62,330 bases of DNA from Syntrophales bacterium (GTDB lineage Bacteria; Desulfobacterota; Syntrophia; Syntrophales; JACQWR01): positions 1 to 62,330 of the forward strand of contig JBAQLR010000126.1 of assembly GCA_049302035.1 (NCBI GenBank), read 5' to 3'. The position numbers and the translations under genes are program-made. Below, piece by piece: positions 1 through 9,275 of the stretch. The stretch's first letter is position 1; the number at the start of each line of letters is the position of its first letter. Below the pieces are notes generated by a model, which did not search any database, was not told the DNA's origin, and saw only the letters and a list, made by a program, of their open reading frames with translations.

Positions 1-608
1 GGAACCTCCGTTGTCTTCATCTTGTCGATGACGGCCTCTTTTTCCGGCCCGACAAAAAGCGCCCCCGATGCCGCCGCCGCCGGGTTCATCGTGTTTTCAA
101 CGACAGGGGGCAATGACAACTCTTCCGTTTCGTCGCTTGACGGCAATTTGTCGTTCCTGCCTTCGCTGGCTCCAGGCACAGCAACAGGGAAAAAGGGAGC
201 GGCTGCGGGGAGGAAAGAAACAATATTGGAAACTATTCCCCTGGCCGCCGGTGGGCTTTCCTCCTTACCCTTGACATCCTTGTTGGCCAAAGGTTTTGGC
301 AATGTCCCCTCCCCTGCCGTTGTCAACTGGACAGTCAGGTAAACTGCCGCCTTCTCCGCAACCAGCGGCAAGGCTTTTGCTTCGCGCAGGGGCAGCGGCC
401 CTGCCGCTCCGGTCAGCAACAACAAGTCTTCAGCAAGCATCTGCGTAAAAGAGGAGTTTTCCACATCGTCAGCATTGGGCGGAAGCGCTCCGCTCCTCTT
501 CCCTGCCCTACTGCCCGGCAAAGACAGTAGCTCATCCAATCCACTCATGGGCTGCATCCTGCCCCTTCCCTCGCCTGCCGCTGTCATGGTCATCCCGCCT
601 ACCCTCAT
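1..608 (-). CDS. fliK: putative flagellar hook-length control protein FliK, N-terminal part (partial, continues past the left edge)
   Basis: I translated a stop-free reverse frame from the ATG at 606-608 (alternative ATGs at 591-593 and 585-587) down to position 1. It is absent from the ORF track because no stop lies in the window. The product is Pro/Ala/Leu-rich and low-complexity (..SFTQMLAEDLLLL..). Its position after fliJ and a MotE/YlxF-like gene matches the common flgB-flgC-fliE-F-G-H-I-J-ylxF-fliK order. It has its own sigma-54 promoter just upstream. Confidence 0.45.
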   Translation of the reverse strand, partial: MRVGGMTMTAAGEGRGRMQPMSGLDELLSLPGSRAGKRSGALPPNADDVENSSFTQMLAEDLLLLTGAAGPLPLREAKALPLVAEKAAVYLTVQLTTAGEGTLPKPLANKDVKGKEESPPAARGIVSNIVSFLPAAAPFFPVAVPGASEGRNDKLPSSDETEELSLPPVVENTMNPAAAASGALFVGPEKEAVIDKMKTTEV

Positions 609-628
609 TTTCCCTTGCCTTTAACGAT

Positions 629-644
629 AGCAATTGACGTGCCA
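629..644 (-). promoter_or_regulatory. sigma-54 (RpoN) promoter upstream of fliK
   Basis: The reverse complement reads TGGCACGTCAATTGCT. GG and GC are separated by exactly 10 nt, a near-perfect match to TGGCAC-N5-TTGCW. It lies 20 nt upstream of the first ATG. Confidence 0.7.
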
Positions 645-732
645 CAGACAATTAAATGACGAAACCCATTGATATCGGTTATTTATAAATGCTGTGCGTA
701 GAGGGAAGGAAGAAAAGGGGAAATGTTTTCCT

Positions 733-763
733 GTAAAAATAACGGCACTTGAAAAAAGTGCCG
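733..763 (-). terminator. Rho-independent terminator-like hairpin after the flgB..MotE-like operon
   Basis: An 8-bp stem CGGCACTT/AAGTGCCG (743-750 and 756-763) with a GAAAA loop. On the minus strand it is followed by TTATTTTTAC. The plus strand also has GTTTT after the hairpin, so it may act in both directions. Confidence 0.5.
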
Positions 764-770
764 GTTTTAA

Positions 771-876
771 TAAGTTAGAGATTAGTTTTTACGTTTTTCT
801 GGCAAAAAACAAGTTCGTTAACGAACTTATACCCCTCAAGGGGGGACTGAAGCAAGTCCCGTCGAGGTACGGGCCG
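771..876 (+). repeat. copy A of a conserved two-hairpin intergenic element (TAAGTTAG - hairpin - GTTAACGAACTTAT - ACCCC/GGGG hairpin - ACTGAAGCAAGTC)
   Basis: Positions 816-862 are 42/47 identical to 13128-13174 (copy B). The TAAGTTAG box at 771-778 is shared with B. See findings. Confidence 0.6.
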
Positions 877-888
877 GGGCAATAAACC

Positions 889-1479
889 CTATTGCTTCCC
901 CAGGTGAGTAATTTCACGAGTGATCTCCACGGCCTTTTGCGGGCTTAAGTAACCCCAAATAGCGCCCGCTTTATCCCGTTTCATGTTCATGGTTATGCCG
1001 GCCGCGGTCTGGACATCCAACTTCTCCATCATTACGCCGGCTTTCGCCGGAGGCGTGGCTTCAAATACTTTTGCCAGATCCTTGAAGTTCTTATTCTCAG
1101 TTGTTCTCTGAACTTCCACGGTGGCATTCAGTTTTTCTTCCTGGACACGTAAGATATCTATTTTTTCCACTATCTCTTTCTTAAGAAGCAACAGCCTCTG
1201 CTCCTCCGTCCACAAGAACTGCTCTTTCTTATCCAGTTCATTTTTCTTCACCTCTAAAGATGCAAAGAGGTCCCTGTTTTTTGCCAATCCGTCTGCTTCT
1301 GCAGTGCCGGTTACCTGCGGAATAACCACTCCGGCAGGGGATACGGATTCCAACCGTCTTACCGGGGTCTGCGAAATGGCTGCCGCTTTCGTCTTTGTCA
1401 TGACCTCCCCTAGGGCAGCAATTTTAGCGAGGAAGAGAAGTAAAACAATAACCTGAGTTACCACTGTAATTTTTTTCAT
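889..1479 (-). CDS. MotE/FlbB/YlxF-like flagellar protein (MgtE_N-type domain)
   Basis: N-terminal signal/TM segment, a coiled-coil middle, and a C-terminal ..AKVFEATPPAKAGVMMEKLDVQTAAGITMNMKRDKAGAIWGYLSPQKAVEIT.. typical of MgtE-N/MotE proteins. It overlaps the fliJ stop by 4 nt. Confidence 0.6.
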   Translation of the reverse strand: MKKITVVTQVIVLLLFLAKIAALGEVMTKTKAAAISQTPVRRLESVSPAGVVIPQVTGTAEADGLAKNRDLFASLEVKKNELDKKEQFLWTEEQRLLLLKKEIVEKIDILRVQEEKLNATVEVQRTTENKNFKDLAKVFEATPPAKAGVMMEKLDVQTAAGITMNMKRDKAGAIWGYLSPQKAVEITREITHLGKQ

Positions 1480-1916
1480 TTTTTATCCCTGATAAATCTC
1501 ATAACCGCTACCTCATCGGCCATATCTCTTTCTCTCGCGGTCATTTTCTTTTGATAGTCGTGCTGTTGTTTTTCACTCAGACTGTCCATGACCTTCCTCT
1601 TTTGGACAGCCTCCAGGAGGGCCCCACGCAGGCAATTTACCGCTGCATCGGCCTGATGGACGATTTCCTTCTGAAGAATCTCCTTCTCTTTAAATATTTC
1701 ATGATAGGCGCAGCAGAGGGAAATATCGGCGGCATTAAAATTATTACCCTGTAGATCCCTCAATTCTCCAAGCAGCTTGGCCTTCTCTCCCCCTATCTCG
1801 CACAGCCTCTCTTGCTCATGCTCAAGGCGCTTCCGCACTTCCACAAACTCCCGCAGCTTTTTTTCCTCCATGGACTGGCGATAATTCCGGACCGACTGCA
1901 ACTTAAAGGTAAACAT
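1476..1916 (-). CDS. fliJ: flagellar export chaperone FliJ
   Basis: 146-aa coiled-coil protein directly downstream of fliI, with a typical N-terminus (FKLQSVRNYRQ..EE). Confidence 0.7.
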   Translation of the reverse strand: MFTFKLQSVRNYRQSMEEKKLREFVEVRKRLEHEQERLCEIGGEKAKLLGELRDLQGNNFNAADISLCCAYHEIFKEKEILQKEIVHQADAAVNCLRGALLEAVQKRKVMDSLSEKQQHDYQKKMTARERDMADEVAVMRFIRDKK

Positions 1917-1955
1917 GGCGCCTTCTCAATAAAGCAACGGGACAGGCGACGGATA

Positions 1956-3299
1956 TCATGCTCCCTGCCCCGGCATTGGCTCAAAAAGGGCAAATAAATC
2001 AAGCTTCGCCTGCTCGAAAGACACTCGTTCTTCCATCGCCTGCCTGAGAAAGTTATTGACTCTGCCAATCATGTTGATGGCATAATCTATTTCCGGGTTG
2101 CTTCCCTTCTGATAGGCGCCGATATTGATCAGGTCTTCCGCTTTCTTATAAGTTGCCATGATATTTAAGAGCTCGCCTGCTTTTTTTCTATGCTCCTTAT
2201 CCACGAGATCAACCATAACGCGGCTGATGCTTTGCAGCACGTCTATCGCCGGATAATGATTCTTATGCGCCAATTCACGGGAAAGCGAGATGTGACCATC
2301 CAAAATGGATCTCGCCGCATCCGCGATGGGTTCGTTAAAATCGTCGCCTTCTACCAGGATGGTATAAAGACCGGTAATACTTCCCTTACCCTCGATCGTG
2401 CCGGATCTCTCCAGCAGTTTGGGCAAGAGGCTGAAAACGGAGGGGGTATACCCTTTCGTGGTTGGCGGTTCCCCTACCGACAGGCCTATTTCCCGCTGGG
2501 CCATGGCAAATCTGGTCAGCGAATCCACCATCAGTAAGACATCGGCTCCCCGATCCCGGAAAAACTCGGCAACGGAAGTAGCCACATATGCCGCCCTCAT
2601 CCTGATCAGAGGATGCATATCCGAAGCGGCCACTACTACCACCGATCTGGCCAATCCTTCCGGTCCCAGGTTCTTTTCGAGAAATTCCCTAACTTCCCGC
2701 CCTCTTTCTCCGATCAGACCGATGACATTGACATCGGCCTTCGTGTTTTTGGCAATCATCCCCATAAGCACGCTTTTCCCGACCCCGGAACCGGCAAAAA
2801 TTCCCAGCCGCTGTCCTTTACCGCAGGTAAACAGGCTATCTAGGGCTCTGATGCCGAAATCCATGGGTTCCTTGATCCGGCTTCTCTCCAAGGGATTGAT
2901 AGTTTCGGCATAAATAGGGTATTCATCCTCAAAATTACTAACCCCCTTACTGTCAATAGGATTGCCCAGGCCATCAAGCACCCTGCCCAGCAGCTCTTTG
3001 CCGACCCTGACGCTCGCCTTCCTGCCGAAGGACATGATTTTGCATCCGGGACCCAGTCCTTGAAGACTTTCCAGGGGCATTAGCATTATCTTGCCCTGCT
3101 TAAAACCCACGACCTCGGCGTCCATGAACTTTTCCCGACCGTTGGGCTGGATACCGCAGACCTCGCCGATGGAAGCAGCAGGCCCCTGCCCCTCCACCAC
3201 AAGTCCGGTAATCGCGCTTACCTTCCCATACGTTTTGATGGGGCTCACCCGCTCCAAAGAGCGATGATATTTAGCAAAATCAATCATCGCCAATTCCAC
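1956..3299 (-). CDS. fliI: flagellum-specific ATPase FliI
   Basis: F1/T3SS ATPase family. Walker A GSGVGKS and Walker B VLLMVDSLTR. 447 aa. Confidence 0.95.
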   Translation of the reverse strand: MELAMIDFAKYHRSLERVSPIKTYGKVSAITGLVVEGQGPAASIGEVCGIQPNGREKFMDAEVVGFKQGKIMLMPLESLQGLGPGCKIMSFGRKASVRVGKELLGRVLDGLGNPIDSKGVSNFEDEYPIYAETINPLERSRIKEPMDFGIRALDSLFTCGKGQRLGIFAGSGVGKSVLMGMIAKNTKADVNVIGLIGERGREVREFLEKNLGPEGLARSVVVVAASDMHPLIRMRAAYVATSVAEFFRDRGADVLLMVDSLTRFAMAQREIGLSVGEPPTTKGYTPSVFSLLPKLLERSGTIEGKGSITGLYTILVEGDDFNEPIADAARSILDGHISLSRELAHKNHYPAIDVLQSISRVMVDLVDKEHRKKAGELLNIMATYKKAEDLINIGAYQKGSNPEIDYAINMIGRVNNFLRQAMEERVSFEQAKLDLFALFEPMPGQGA

Positions 3300-3331
3300 T
3301 TATGATCTCCCGCGGCGGCGCCATGTTTCCA

Positions 3332-3991
3332 TCATCTTAGCTTCAAGGCCCCCTTTACTTCCTTGAGGCGCTGGTCCAAACGGGCATCAACTTCACCGGC
3401 AACAGTATTTAACAGAGCGCCGCCCCTTTGAATCCCCTCATCCTCCTCAAAGGCGACATTTTTCATCCCATTGAATTGCCGAAGGAAATCATCTTTCATA
3501 TTTACTATGAAAAGATAATCCTGCGGATTGAGGTAAATTTTCATCCCCTCCCGGTCAACAACGCTCGCTACCGCCTCTCTCAGGACATTCACGATAATCT
3601 GGCTGTTTGTTGATACCTCATCATAAATGACCCGTTCCGCAACCGCCAAAACCAGGCCCAACATCTGCTCTTCCGCGTCGGCAAATAACTTCTCCCTGAA
3701 ATCTCCCACTTCCCGCAAAATCTGGGAGAGGGCCTTCATGGTCGTTACAATCTCTTCTTTTTGCAACGCTACACCCGCGGCAAAACCCTGATCATGGGCC
3801 TGCTTACGGGCCGCCTGCTCATCCATACTTTCCCTGGCATTATGGCCCGGAAAAACAGCGGCATCTCCATTTTCGGATCTGCAATTACTTCCTCGCCCTC
3901 CCTCCGGATATCGAGAGCGGGCGAGGACGGGAATTTCCGTGGTTGCCAGACGCACATCTTTTGCCTTGATTACCTTACTAGACAAAGCCAT
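3332..3991 (-). CDS. fliH: flagellar assembly protein FliH
   Basis: 219 aa, located between fliG and fliI. The C-terminal FliH/YscL-like region ends ..GGALLNTVAGEVDARLDQRL. Confidence 0.8.
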   Translation of the reverse strand: MALSSKVIKAKDVRLATTEIPVLARSRYPEGGRGSNCRSENGDAAVFPGHNARESMDEQAARKQAHDQGFAAGVALQKEEIVTTMKALSQILREVGDFREKLFADAEEQMLGLVLAVAERVIYDEVSTNSQIIVNVLREAVASVVDREGMKIYLNPQDYLFIVNMKDDFLRQFNGMKNVAFEEDEGIQRGGALLNTVAGEVDARLDQRLKEVKGALKLR

Positions 3992-4973
3992 CCTCGTCAG
4001 CTCCCCGCTGAATAACTATTTTACCATCGGTTTCCAGTTTCTTCGTAAGATCAACGAGCTTGCGCTGGCTGGCTTCCACTTCCGACAGACGGATCGGGGG
4101 CATCATCTCTATTTCTTCCCGCAACATTTCCCCACCTCTTTTGGACATATTTCGGTAAATTTTTTCCCGCATCCCCTCCTCCACCAACTTCAGCGCTCGG
4201 GACAGATCTTCACTGCTCGCCTCTCGCAATAGTTCCTGGATACTTCTATCATCAAGCTGCAGGACATCATCAAAATTAAACATGAAGTTCCGAATCCTGA
4301 CGACAAGTTCGGGTTCAGTTTCCTCCAGCGCCGCCATAATAGCGCTTTCACAGGTGCGGTTCATGCGGTTGAGGATCTCGCCCATCAGGCGGGCTCCGCC
4401 TATCCGCTGATCCATTGTGGCGCTGGTAATAATCTCCTTTTCCAGGGTATTGGCAACTTCATCAATAAACTCGTAAGGAACGCCCTGTAACGTTGCCATC
4501 CGTTTGGTAAGCTCGCACTGCAGCGGCGGCGGAAAATGTTCAAGCATTTGCGCGGCCTGGTCGGGGCGCAAGTGAACAAGAATTAAAGCAATCGTCTGGG
4601 GGTGTTCCGCCTTGGTAAAGTCAGCCAACACCTTGGGATCAACATCTCGTAATTTATCAATAATTGGATTGTCAATATTTGATGTGCCAGAAATATCCTT
4701 CAGGAATTCCTCGGAATGCCCGTCTCCGAGCGCCTTCATGATCAGTTTTTTTGAGGTCTCACTACTCACGGAGAGTCCTTCCCACTGCTCCTTGGCAAGG
4801 GCACAGAACTCCTTGGCAACGGAATTTACCGTTTCGGCGGCAACATTTGTTATGCGACCCATTTGTTTACCCAGCCTTTTGATTTCCGGCGGGCGGAGAT
4901 TTTTCATAACCGCCGCCGCTAAATTCTCATCCAGGGACAAGAGCAGAACTGCCGCTTTTTCTTCATTCAACAT
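3978..4973 (-). CDS. fliG: flagellar motor switch protein FliG
   Basis: 331 aa with full-length FliG architecture (..MFNFDDVLQLDDRSIQELLRE.. and the charged C-terminal torque helix region). Confidence 0.95.
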   Translation of the reverse strand: MLNEEKAAVLLLSLDENLAAAVMKNLRPPEIKRLGKQMGRITNVAAETVNSVAKEFCALAKEQWEGLSVSSETSKKLIMKALGDGHSEEFLKDISGTSNIDNPIIDKLRDVDPKVLADFTKAEHPQTIALILVHLRPDQAAQMLEHFPPPLQCELTKRMATLQGVPYEFIDEVANTLEKEIITSATMDQRIGGARLMGEILNRMNRTCESAIMAALEETEPELVVRIRNFMFNFDDVLQLDDRSIQELLREASSEDLSRALKLVEEGMREKIYRNMSKRGGEMLREEIEMMPPIRLSEVEASQRKLVDLTKKLETDGKIVIQRGADEDGFV

Positions 4974-4998
4974 CGGACAACCTCAAAAAATCGGGATA

Positions 4999-6552
4999 TT
5001 ATTTCAACCAGGTTCTTAATACTTCTGCAAATTTTTTGGCGTCGGCATCGGCCAGTTGCCTGGCAACATCTCTGCCCGTAAGCTCCTTGTTTTCGGTTGC
5101 TTCCGCTACCTGGTAAGCTTGGACGCCCCCCGCCTGTAAGGACGGCGCCGCCGTCATCGGCGACATGTTAACGCTCCTTGATATATCGCGCGCCAGGATA
5201 CCTCTGATTAAGGGACGAGCAAATAATAGCAGCACGGCAACCATGATTATGAGGACCACACCATATTTAATCAGGGGGGAAAATAGCACCAGTTTTTCCT
5301 GCCATGACGTTTTTTCGAATGGTTCCGTTGCGGCTTCTACCCGGCTGAAAGGCATCTCAGTTATCACGACCTGATCACCGCGCGCGGCATTTATCCCGGC
5401 CGCCTTCTTCACCAATTCCTCCAGGGAATCCAGGTCTTTTTTAGCGCGCGGCTGGTAAATCTCCACGCCTTTCTCATTTTTTTTGTATATCCCGTCAATC
5501 AACACGGCCACCGAGAGCTTCTGTATCTCACCCACGGGCATTACCGTTTTATTTACCACCTTATTGATTTCGTAGTTGATTGTCTCATCCAGTTTTTCCT
5601 GGCCGCCACTATCGGACGACACGGCCGCCTTTCCCGCAACAGACTGCGGTAGCGCGGTTTTATCCGTCTGCCGCTTGACACTTCTGATCACCGGAGATTC
5701 GGGATCATACTTCTCTTCCATTTTCTCCGAAACGCGGAAATCCATTTCGGCAGAAATCCTCACCACCGCCTTTCCCTTACCCGCCACACTTTCCAGCATG
5801 GATTGGATCATGCTCACAATCTCCTTTTCCGTGCTCCTCTGATACTCCGCCTGAGCATTGGTCATCTTGGCAAATTTGGAATCGGCTTGTACACTGGAAA
5901 GGATGTTCCCCCTGCTGTCCACGACAATGACGTCCTCAGGACTGATACCCTCCACACTGCTCGCCACCAAATGGACAATACCCTCCACCTGGGAAGAACG
6001 CAGGGTCTTGCCCTGTTTCAGTCTAATCGTCACCGAAGCCGTGGCTTTTTTCTGCTGCTCCAAAAAGAGTGACTCACGGGGCAAGGCCAGATGAACACGG
6101 CTCTGCTGAATCTCCTCAAAACTGCTGATGGTCCGCGCCAGTTCCCCCTGCAGGGCACGGCGATAGTTGAGCTGCTGTTCGAACTCGGTCGCTCCGAGAG
6201 ATTTAGCATCAAATATCTCGAAACCTACCCCACCTCCCTGGGGTAATCCCGCCGTTGCCATTTCCAGTCTCAATTCGGCAACCTTATCCGTGGGAACCGA
6301 TACCGCATCCCCCGTAGCGGATAATTTATAGGGCACCTTCTTTTCCTGTAATTTATTGACGATGCTGCCTGCATCTTCACTGGAAAGGTTGGAAAAAAGC
6401 ACCCGGTACTCGATCTGGCCGGTTAAGTAGACGAGGAAAGCCATGCTGGCCAGGGTTATAAAGGCTGCCAGCAGGATTGAAACCTTGCGGGCCTGGGTCA
6501 GGGAGGCAAAACCTGCCGTGAACTTTGTAAATAATTCCGAAAAGGGATCCAT
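4999..6552 (-). CDS. fliF: flagellar M-ring protein FliF
   Basis: 517 aa with N- and C-terminal TM segments and a YscJ/FliF periplasmic core. Confidence 0.95.
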   Translation of the reverse strand: MDPFSELFTKFTAGFASLTQARKVSILLAAFITLASMAFLVYLTGQIEYRVLFSNLSSEDAGSIVNKLQEKKVPYKLSATGDAVSVPTDKVAELRLEMATAGLPQGGGVGFEIFDAKSLGATEFEQQLNYRRALQGELARTISSFEEIQQSRVHLALPRESLFLEQQKKATASVTIRLKQGKTLRSSQVEGIVHLVASSVEGISPEDVIVVDSRGNILSSVQADSKFAKMTNAQAEYQRSTEKEIVSMIQSMLESVAGKGKAVVRISAEMDFRVSEKMEEKYDPESPVIRSVKRQTDKTALPQSVAGKAAVSSDSGGQEKLDETINYEINKVVNKTVMPVGEIQKLSVAVLIDGIYKKNEKGVEIYQPRAKKDLDSLEELVKKAAGINAARGDQVVITEMPFSRVEAATEPFEKTSWQEKLVLFSPLIKYGVVLIIMVAVLLLFARPLIRGILARDISRSVNMSPMTAAPSLQAGGVQAYQVAEATENKELTGRDVARQLADADAKKFAEVLRTWLK

Positions 6553-6623
6553 ATTTATCGCCCGGCCATTGACCGATCAGATGTTGCCATGATGAACAGG
6601 ATTAGTAGGTTCTAACCTACTAA

Positions 6624-6935
6624 CTATACTTGGATTCTCATTACTTCTTGATAAGCGTCCATGATTTTATTCCTTACCTGCATCATCGCCCGGAAAGAAA
6701 TATCCGCCTTCTCCAGGGCAACCACCGCCTCATGGATGTTGGTCGTTTTGCCCAGTTGGACCTCGGCAATTTTTTCATCGGCGTTGACCTGCAACTTGTT
6801 TATGTCGGCCATAACATCCTTCAGCATGTCAGAGAAGGTTGTCCCTTCATTCTGTCCCGCAGAAACAAGGGCAGACTTCGGAATGTTCAAAGACGGCGGC
6901 AATAAATCTCCGCCACCGATCAACAGATCACTCAT
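6624..6935 (-). CDS. fliE: flagellar hook-basal body complex protein FliE
   Basis: 103 aa with the C-terminal ..VRNKIMDAYQEVMRIQV signature. Confidence 0.9.
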   Translation of the reverse strand: MSDLLIGGGDLLPPSLNIPKSALVSAGQNEGTTFSDMLKDVMADINKLQVNADEKIAEVQLGKTTNIHEAVVALEKADISFRAMMQVRNKIMDAYQEVMRIQV

Positions 6936-6956
6936 AATTTCATCATCCTCCCTTCT

Positions 6957-7379
6957 TTATTTACCCATGTCCAGGGCCCGCAAAGCCATGTTCTTGGTCG
7001 CGTCAAAGGCTGTCACTGCGGCCTCATAGTTTCTGCTGGCGGTTATCATGTCGGCCATTTCCATAATCGTATTCACATTAGGCTTGCCAACATATCCCTT
7101 GTTGTCGGCATCAGGATGAGTAGGTTCGTACATCATTTTTACCGTTCCATCCTCGGCAATGCTGTCAATCTTGACGGCTCTGACGGCAGCGTTTAGGGCC
7201 GTGCCAAAAGCGCCAGCCACCGGCTCCGCTGTCAAAACCACCGTCTTCCTCTTGTAAGGACCGCCTTCCGGCGTCCGCGTTGTTTCCACGTTCGCCAGGT
7301 TACTGGCAATGACGTCCATCTTGGCGCGCTGAGCTGCCAACGCGGAACTGCAAATTCTGAAAGATGTAGAAATATCCAT
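6957..7379 (-). CDS. flgC: flagellar basal-body rod protein FlgC
   Basis: 140 aa with the ..ASNLANVETTRTPEGGPYKRK.. rod-protein N-terminal motif. Confidence 0.95.
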   Translation of the reverse strand: MDISTSFRICSSALAAQRAKMDVIASNLANVETTRTPEGGPYKRKTVVLTAEPVAGAFGTALNAAVRAVKIDSIAEDGTVKMMYEPTHPDADNKGYVGKPNVNTIMEMADMITASRNYEAAVTAFDATKNMALRALDMGK

Positions 7380-7380
7380 G

Positions 7381-7764
7381 TTATTTCAGCTCCCTCAATG
7401 CCGTATCAATGCCTTTAAATTTTCTCGACATTAATTCCACCGTCAAATTATACATCAGATTATTTTCCGCTAAATTTGTCATCTCCCGGTCAATTTCAAC
7501 CTTATCGCCCGTCTGATGAATCGGGAAATTGACCTCTTTACCGGCAGCGGGCGTCAGATGGTTTTTGTTCGTCATCATCAGCGGCGGCGCGGCGGGAGGG
7601 CTTGACACGGCCTCAGCCAAACTGGCTGTGAAAGTAATATCCTGTGGCTTAAACCCAGGCGTATCAAGGTTAGCGATATTGGAAACGATAACTTTATGTC
7701 TCGCAGCCCGATAATCAAGCATGCCTGAGAGAAGACCAATTGTCTTACCAAATAAAGCTTGCAT
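7381..7764 (-). CDS. flgB: flagellar basal-body rod protein FlgB
   Basis: Contains the SNIANLDTPGFK motif. I moved the start to the ATG at 7762-7764 (MQALFGK..), which has a GGAG RBS. The longer ORF-track start would run across the sigma-54 promoter. Confidence 0.85.
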   Translation of the reverse strand: MQALFGKTIGLLSGMLDYRAARHKVIVSNIANLDTPGFKPQDITFTASLAEAVSSPPAAPPLMMTNKNHLTPAAGKEVNFPIHQTGDKVEIDREMTNLAENNLMYNLTVELMSRKFKGIDTALRELK

Positions 7765-7804
7765 AGTAGTTTCTCCGCCAGTTGTCTTGTGAATATGGAA
7801 ATAT

Positions 7805-7822
7805 AAGCAAGTCACATACCAA
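7805..7822 (-). promoter_or_regulatory. sigma-54 promoter upstream of flgB
   Basis: The reverse complement reads TTGGTATGTGACTTGCTT, with GG-N10-GC spacing. It sits in the 70-nt gap between the regulator stop and the flgB start. Confidence 0.65.
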
Positions 7823-7834
7823 GAACTATAACCG

Positions 7835-9199
7835 TTAGTCGCCAGGGATGTCGCAACCATATTCGTGGAGCTTATTCCTCATCGTGCGCACACTGATCCC
7901 CAAAATTTTTGAGGCTTTTGTCCGGTTGCCCTGAACCTTGTTCAAGGTGTCAAAAATGAGATTTTTTTCCATATCTCGCAGGGTCTGGTCCTCACCAGCA
8001 GCAGTGTGGCCAGCATTCCCGGCCGGTGCAGCCGTTATTGCGCCCATGGCATATTCCAGGGAAAGATGTTCCGGTGTGATCAGGTTGGAATTGCAAACCA
8101 GGACGGCCCTCTCCATGACATTCTCCAACTCCCGCACGTTGCCCGGCCAGGGATAATTTTTCACCACGTCAAATGAATCGTTAGTCAATTCAGGTTTCTG
8201 CCGCCCGTTTATATGGCTATACTTATTTAGAAAATGTTCAACCAGAAGCGCAATGTCGCGGCTCCTTTCCCGCAAAGGCGGGATCTTCACGGGAATGACG
8301 TTCAACCTATAGTAGAGGTCTTCCCGAAAGGTCTTTTCCCCGATGCGCTGCTTTAATTCGGCATTAGTGGTGGCAATTATCCTGACATCTATGGGAACCG
8401 GCGCTTTGCCGCCCAACCGGTCAACCTCTGATTCCTGAATGACGCGCAGCAGTTTAGCCTGTAACTGAATGTCCATTTCACTTATTTCGTCCAACAACAG
8501 GGTGCCGCCGTGTGCCAATTCAAACCTCCCCGCTTTTTTTTGTAAAGCGCCGGTGAAGGCGCCCTTTTCGTAGCCGAACATTTCACTTTCCAGAAGATTG
8601 TGCGGGATGGCGGCACAGTTTACCGCCACAAAGGGCATATTTTTCCTACTGCCATGTCGATACACGTAACGGGCAAAGAGCTCCTTACCCGTACCGCTCT
8701 CGCCATAAATCAAAATCGTGGATTTACTCCGGGCCACATTTTTCAGGAGTTTCAGGATGGCAAGGATAGCAGGGTCCTGGGTAATGATCTCCATTGCTGC
8801 GGGACACGCCTCCTCAATATTTCCCGCCTCGCCGTCCTTATTCACCACCAGAACATTTTTCACCGCAAATTCCAGATCATCCAGGGAAAAGGGCTTCATA
8901 ATGAATTCCGCCGCCCCCTCTTTCATGGCCTCCACGGCCGTCTTAACCGTCCCATAGGCAGTAATAAGAATTACAGGGGTCTGAGGTGAAATTTCTTTTA
9001 TGCCCCGGAGTACGTCCATGCCCGTCATCTTCGGCATCCGCATATCTGTGACCACAACCTCAAATTTACCCTTCTGAAACTTCTGCAGCGCATCGGCGCC
9101 GTTTTCTGCTGTTTCTACCTCGAAACCACAGCTTTCCAGCGATTCGGCCAATGCCTGGCGCATGGACAGATCGTCATCGGCTATCAAAATTTGTTTCAT
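7835..9199 (-). CDS. sigma-54-dependent response regulator (REC-AAA+-Fis HTH; FlrC/FleR-like)
   Basis: REC domain (ILIADDD..DMRMPKM), AAA+ domain with GESGTGKE and the GAFTGA sigma-54 contact loop, and a C-terminal HTH. It lies inside the flagellar cluster. Confidence 0.9.
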   Translation of the reverse strand: MKQILIADDDLSMRQALAESLESCGFEVETAENGADALQKFQKGKFEVVVTDMRMPKMTGMDVLRGIKEISPQTPVILITAYGTVKTAVEAMKEGAAEFIMKPFSLDDLEFAVKNVLVVNKDGEAGNIEEACPAAMEIITQDPAILAILKLLKNVARSKSTILIYGESGTGKELFARYVYRHGSRKNMPFVAVNCAAIPHNLLESEMFGYEKGAFTGALQKKAGRFELAHGGTLLLDEISEMDIQLQAKLLRVIQESEVDRLGGKAPVPIDVRIIATTNAELKQRIGEKTFREDLYYRLNVIPVKIPPLRERSRDIALLVEHFLNKYSHINGRQKPELTNDSFDVVKNYPWPGNVRELENVMERAVLVCNSNLITPEHLSLEYAMGAITAAPAGNAGHTAAGEDQTLRDMEKNLIFDTLNKVQGNRTKASKILGISVRTMRNKLHEYGCDIPGD

Positions 9200-9275
9200 C
9201 TTCGCCCACCATCGATAATTTATGCCTCTTGTACGTCAATATATTGGCGTGCTTTATTTACCCCGATCGCCAAGG

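Noticed and set aside
22-342. A 106-aa plus-strand ORF at the left edge, with a nested 68-aa ORF.
   Set aside because: It is antisense to the stop-free minus-strand frame that I assign to fliK. It has no RBS, and its composition is low-complexity Ser/Ala/Gly/Pro.
694-885. A 63-aa plus-strand ORF whose C-terminus (VNELIPLKGGLKQVPS) resembles the translation of copy B (VNALIPLKGVLKKVS).
   Set aside because: The similarity comes from the nucleotide repeat. The differences between copies are non-synonymous. Copy C has an in-frame stop just upstream. None of the copies has an RBS or a consistent start codon.
7765-7860. N-terminal extensions given by the ORF track for flgB. Similar extensions appear for cheB (19778-19930), csp (37492-37596), deaD (37683-37784), porC (49742-49843), the HoxU-like gene (54990-55235), the lipoprotein (58494-58616) and pilZ (13202-13303).
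   Set aside because: In each case an internal start with a good RBS coincides with the conserved N-terminus of the family. The extension is compositionally odd, or it overlaps a promoter or the preceding gene.
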